64,000 bases of DNA from NCBI RefSeq assembly GCF_009914755.1, contig NC_060926.1; one strand, given 5' to 3'. The DNA is from the human T2T-CHM13v2.0 reference genome, Homo sapiens. The notes beneath the pieces were generated by a model. The model saw nothing but the letters and a program-made list of their open reading frames with translations, had not been told where the DNA came from and ran no database searches. Below, piece by piece: positions 58,501 to 64,000 of the stretch. Position 1 is the stretch's first letter. Each line of letters starts with the position of its first letter. The position numbers were made by a program, and so were the translations under genes.

Positions 58501-59190
58501 CTCAAGGAATGCTCAGATTTGACCCTTATTTCTAGCCTCTAGACAATGAGAGAAGGAAGGAAAACATGCATTATTTTGCAAGGCATTTGCCTGTGTTGAG
58601 GTCTTTCAGGAGAGTTTTCTTTTTCCCCGGCAAGGAGAGGATACTCTCCTCTAGCCAGTAGGTGGGGGTCACCTCTGACAGCACAGGAGAATAAAGGGTT
58701 CAAAATTCTCTGGCACATCCACCAAATGTCTTCATTCCAGTTCTCAAGTTTCCGTGATCTGAGCCCTGAATCTAATTTAGGAAACCTGCCAAGGCTTCTC
58801 ACTCCATCTCCTTTGCAACTTGACCACTGTCACAATTAAATTCCAGTCCCAATCTATTCTCTGGCTGCAGGAGATAAAGATCACTTCAAAAACTGCCTTG
58901 AAGGCCTGCTGGGTTTCACAGTGTCCTGATTGATGGTTGGCTGACCTGACCCTGTGGTTGTCCTTCATCAAGCCTTTTAAAGCAGTTAGCAAAGGCCAGA
59001 CAATTATACAGTCATTATTTCCCCCACATCATTCTATTACTGTAGCTGCCAGTATTTTACCTTCTACCTGTTGCAAGTGCAATCCACTACAGGTAAGATT
59101 CTTAGCCATCATGATACCACATTACCCCAGGAGTTCTCATCATTCCACTGAGCACCAACACATCAGTTTTCTTCCAAAAGACCTCTGAGA
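55590..59190 (-). mobile_element. Decayed ERVL-class endogenous retrovirus internal region (gag, RT and integrase remnants)
   Basis: Minus-strand fragments in gag-pol order: LTHWDLWQVFIHHGVP (gag, 57718..58071), VDYHKLNQVV (about 57175-57204), FVHYIDAIVPTGP (RT YxDD region, 56830..57033) and FSRYGF..LTECMIY..ILSDQEPNF..EV..FWSCHTPHP (integrase core, 56320..56607). Frameshifted and internally deleted. Confidence 0.85.
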
Positions 59191-59881
59191 CACATGAAGT
59201 ACAGATTTAGAAATGAAGTATAGATCTATATTTGATAGTAATGAAAATAACATTCATTACAATCAAAACCTCTAAAAATCTGAGTGGTTTGACTCTATCT
59301 TACTTTTGTCAAGCAGCCAACTTGTGATTTAGCTATAATGCACATTCTATGATAATTTCACTTTGAAACTATAAAAATGGAAAGATGGGAAGAGCAAAAG
59401 AAAATCATCACTTTCATCACTTAGCTATACTGGATGAGGTATCAGGAATATGGACTGATGACCAATAAAGTAAGACAGACTCTACTCTGAGCCCTGGGAT
59501 GAGATTTTAAGTTCTGCAGAAAATGGAAACGAATCTTTAAAATGTCCTTTTACTTAGTCTTCAATGAGTAGCTGTACCTAAAACAAGAAAAGCCTATTTG
59601 CAGAAATTCAAATAATCATTAAACTGTATTAGGCATACCATATTTGTATTCCTTCATTTATTTTTATTTTATTTGAAAACTTTCCAATAGTTCAAAACTA
59701 CATGCTGGTATTATCTCATTTAATTTTTAAGTATTCATACAATAGATCCTGAAAACACATACTGAAATAGAGCTTGGCCAGACTTAGGATGGTGTGATTA
59801 GTCATTTTCTTCTTTTCTCTTATCTATGTTTTCTAAATTCCTTACAGTAAAAATGTATTATATGCAGAATAAAACACAACT

Positions 59882-60187
<306 letters not shown>

Positions 60188-60799
60188 CTATATTACGTTA
60201 AATTTTTTCAACCGCATTTAGAATATCAAATAGTTGCTTGAGCCAAGTAATGTGTCAGACATACATTTTATTGTCCTACCTCTACCAAATATTCCAACTT
60301 AGTCCTTATATTTAACACTATTACAAATATAAATCTCCAGTGAAGATGATGTCAGCCCTAACAACAAAAGTGATTAAGGATAAACAAATATATAAAAAAT
60401 ACTTGCCAGACCTTAGCAAAATCCTAAGTGGGCAGGATTTATTTTATATTGCTACTCTACCTTCTCTTTCTATACCTTTCACTAATCCATGCCCATCTTT
60501 TCATCATGTATCCAACGGTCTTAAGCTGTAGAGCTTCTGTGACATCAGAGAAAAATAACAAAAACACCTGATAAATTTATGTTTCCATGGGCATATGCTA
60601 TTTCTTCTAGGAATATTTACATTGTAAAAATAAATATTAATAATGAAAAATAGTGAAATTTTAGACATTAGTAGGAGGTATATTTTTTGCTTCCAATTCT
60701 CCTAAAATCAACCATGTGGGAAGCCCCAGGTGGCTAAAAACATCTCTAAGTTTAGCTGTCCCTTTGTAGATGAGAGATCATCAGCAATAATGTGTTATA

Positions 60800-60987
60800 A
60801 TGGCTTCTGTATCAGATAGAGACCATTTACTGTGTAACTTTGGAAAACTTATTTAAGACTACTCAGCCTGAGGTTTTGTAGCTATAAAATGGGAATAATA
60901 TCTACCCTGCAAGGCAGTTGTGAGAAGAACAGTAATGACATAATGTGTGTATCGCATAGTACCTAGCACATAAACAGCTTCTCAGTA
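60800..60987 (+). mobile_element. MIR
   Basis: ttactgtgtaactttgg..aaaatgggaataata..ttgtgag..tagtacctagcacata. Confidence 0.65.
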
Positions 60988-61045
60988 AAAAAAAAAAAAA
61001 AAAAAAAAAAAACAAAAAAAAACTTTTCTTCCTGCCTTTCCTCCT

Positions 61046-61497
61046 GTGTTAGTTTCCTAGGGCTGCCATAACAAAGTACCACAAACTACATGGCTTAAAA
61101 TATCAGAAAAATATTCTCCCATTTCTAGAGGCTAGACGTCCAAAGTCAAAGAATCAGCAAGGCTGGTTTCCTTTGAAGGCTCTACATATGAATCTCTTCC
61201 ATGATTTTCTCCTAGATTCTGGTGATCACTGGCAGTCCCTGACGTTCCTTGCCTTGCAATTGTAACACTCCAATCTCTGTCCCAGCCATCATATGGTATT
61301 TTTCTGTGTGCACCTTTGCCCTCATATGGCCTTATTAGAAGGACACTGGTCATTATATTTAGAGCCTACTCCAATCTTAACCTCATCTTAATTTGATTAT
61401 ATGTGCGAAGATGCTGTTTCAAAACTAAGGTCACATTCACAAGTTCCAGAGGTTTGCACTTCAACGTATCTTTTTAAGTGATGCAGTTCTACCCACA
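61046..61497 (-). mobile_element. MLT1C-type MaLR LTR
   Basis: tgtgttagtttcctagggctgccataacaaagtaccacaaact..ggcttaaaa..aaggtcacattcac. Confidence 0.85.
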
Positions 61498-63305
61498 GCA
61501 TCGTGATTCTATAATGACATAGCATAGGTGGATTCCACAGTGTAACTGAGAGACTAACCCAAGTAAAGATGATTGAAGGAGTGGTACTCTATTAATAAGC
61601 GTAACAAGAACATGGTAGAAGCAGCTCAATAAGTGAGAAATGTTTGTCATTTTGTGCTGAATATAGCAATCATGTACACAAATAGTATAAGTTCTCTCAG
61701 TCATTCAACATTTTATCAGTTCAAGGGCAAAATTCTTTTGGATATGAGATGTCCAGAAGTTTTTCTTTGTATGCATACAAGTGCACTTTACTGCCATTTC
61801 CCACTCCTTCTTAAATTCCATTACTTTCAAACACTGGCAAATCTTTTTTCCCATTTTGAAAAAGGGTGAAATTTCTGCAAATTCTCACTGCAAGCCATCA
61901 TACTATTGACAGGGACTGGAACACGGAATTGAAAGAAAAACTCATTTCTTACTACACTCTTTTTACCTATTTGAATTTATAATCTGCCTATATTACCTAT
62001 TTAAAATAATTAAATTTTAAAAGTTACCTGATATCGACCCACTTATACCATCCATCTCTCTATTTGTAAGTTCCATCTACTTAACAAAAGCCTCTTGCCA
62101 AGCAGAATGTCTTCATCAATCTCCAAACCTCATGAATATTTCTATTCTGAATATTTTTTCATTCTTTCTTAGGAAATTTGTCTCTAGACAATGAAATGTT
62201 GTTAAGGAATAGTCTAAGTGTGAAAGGCTGAGAAATCCTTGAATAAATCTGTTAACTGGACTATTTTACATTTGTTCCCTTTATAAATAAGATTTACAGC
62301 CTCACAAAAATACAAGGAAAACATGAAGCAGACAAGAATCATATGCCAAACATAAATGATAGGGCATAATAGAAATAAAACCAATTCATAAAGAGTTGTA
62401 CATAAATCTCGAGGTAAATGAAATAGTCATTCTTTGAAATGAGTTCAGAGTTGCACAAAATAAGATGATATCCCTCCAATTCTATAAAGTTATGTCTCTA
62501 TTATTTTATGAAAACATGAGATATATTTATAAACTCTTTCTACTCATATGGTAGTGAAAAGGTTATATGAAAGAGCTTGAACTCAAAATTCCTTGGTTGG
62601 ATTCCCAGTTCTACCCAATTCTACCTGCATAATTTGAGGAATCACCAACCTTGGTATTCCTTTCCTCACTTACAACATCGCTGCTAAGCATTATGAGATA
62701 CTTATGTAGCATGATGCCTTGTAAACTATAAATGTAGGTATTACTAATAAACAGAAATGTAAGTATTAATAATAAAAACCACATCTCAAAGGTAAAACAA
62801 AATACTATGAAAATGTTTTTTCTGTCACTTTAGGATTCTCTAATGCTGTCATAATTTTGTAAACACTCTAACATATTCAAACTGCAAAAGAATAAAATTA
62901 TACCAGAAATTATTGCTGACTAACAGCAAGACATTAGTAAAACTTTACAATAAGTTACCAAATATATCATGGGCATGGCTGGATGTGTGTGTATACATGT
63001 GGCTTTGAATATAACTGAAACATCAGCTGTAAACCAGTGAAACTCAGAAGCTCTTGGATTAAAATTCATAAATTATCCAGCTACTGAAGGGCACATGAAA
63101 AAGATGGTCCCCAGCCTTATCTAAGAAATGAGGCTGAAACCATACTATCAATGTAAGGCATTTGGCAGCTTAAGGTATATGCAAATATTTAGAAAAGAGA
63201 AAGATTCATTGACACCTTAAGATGATGCCATGAAACAAGAAAGAAAATGCTTCTCTGAGAGAGTGGAAGAAAGACGAGAGTGACACTCTGCATATATGCA
63301 GGATC

Positions 63306-63914
63306 TGTGATAATTGGAATCCTAAAATGATCCCATTGCCCCTCATCCTGTATAACCCTATTCCCTTGTGTGTGGGGAGAACCTATGAATATAAGATTTC
63401 ACTCCAGTGATTGTTACATTGCATGACAAAAGAGATTTTGCAGCTATAATCAAGGTCCCAAATCTGTTAACTGAGTAAATCAAAAGGTAGGTTACCTTAG
63501 TTGTTCTGACCTAATCAGGTGATCCCTTCAAAGCAAGAATTTTCTCTGGTTGGCTTAAGAGAAGGAAAGCAAATACTGTAGCCATGTTGCAAGCTGTCTA
63601 CAGAGAGGGGTGGCCTTCAATTGCTTAGAGAGGTGCCCAGACAACAGCTAGAAAGAAAACATGGACATCGGTCCTGGAGCTGCAAGAAATTAAAATCTGC
63701 CAACAACCTGAACGAACTTGTAAAAGGTCCCTAAACCCAGATAAGAACCACAGCGAAGCTGGCACTGGGATTGCGGCCCTTAAGACTCAAACAGAGAGTT
63801 CAGCTAACCCGTACCCAGACTCCTCGCCCTGGAAACCCTGGGATAATAAATTAGCAGTGTTATAAGCTTCTCACTTTGTGATAATTTGTTACATAGCAAT
63901 AGAAAACTAAGACA
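63306..63914 (+). mobile_element. MLT1E-type MaLR LTR
   Basis: cctaaaatgatccca..agattttgcagctataatcaaggtcc..gataatttgttacatagcaatagaaaactaagaca. Confidence 0.85.
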
Positions 63915-64000
63915 GTAGCAGAACTGTGGAATCTGACTTCCCTCTCCAAATGCCTAGTATTGGTTTTTGTTTTTGAAGAAGGCATACACAAAAACATAGC

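Noticed and set aside
56320-58992. Retroviral ORFs as a possible domesticated gene
   Set aside because: Short, frameshifted fragments with a mutated RT motif (YIDA); no long intact frame.

Overview
This is primate genomic DNA, probably human or great ape, judged from AluY, an LTR12C and a young L1PA 3' end. It is AT-rich and looks intergenic or deep-intronic. I find no credible protein-coding gene, RNA gene or CRISPR array. The listed ORFs are translations of Alus, LTRs and microsatellites, plus decayed ERVL gag/RT/integrase fragments at about 55.6-59.2 kb. Recognisable content is about 22 Alus, many solo LTRs (MER52, LOR1a, MER39B, LTR12C, MER21, MLT1/MST/MLT2), DNA-transposon MITEs (MER53, MER8, MER5A, Charlie4), and L1/L2/MIR debris. 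The most unusual signal is a set of local sequence-copying scars. There are two roughly 90%-identical inverted duplications of 230-265 bp (1759-2021 vs 4907-5168, and 21012-21243 vs 21881-22116). There is a 34-nt copy that ends in a snap-back hairpin (18089-18137), a direct-repeat/snap-back unit (45556-45606) and an inverted (CA)n/(TG)n pair with an 18-bp palindrome (47067-47240). A 90-bp tandem duplication lies next to two different AT-rich arrays (29441-30371). An intact, CpG-rich LTR12C with nine CCAAT boxes is the best candidate regulatory element. Repeat family names come from my recall of consensus sequences, not from a database search, and identities are hand alignments.
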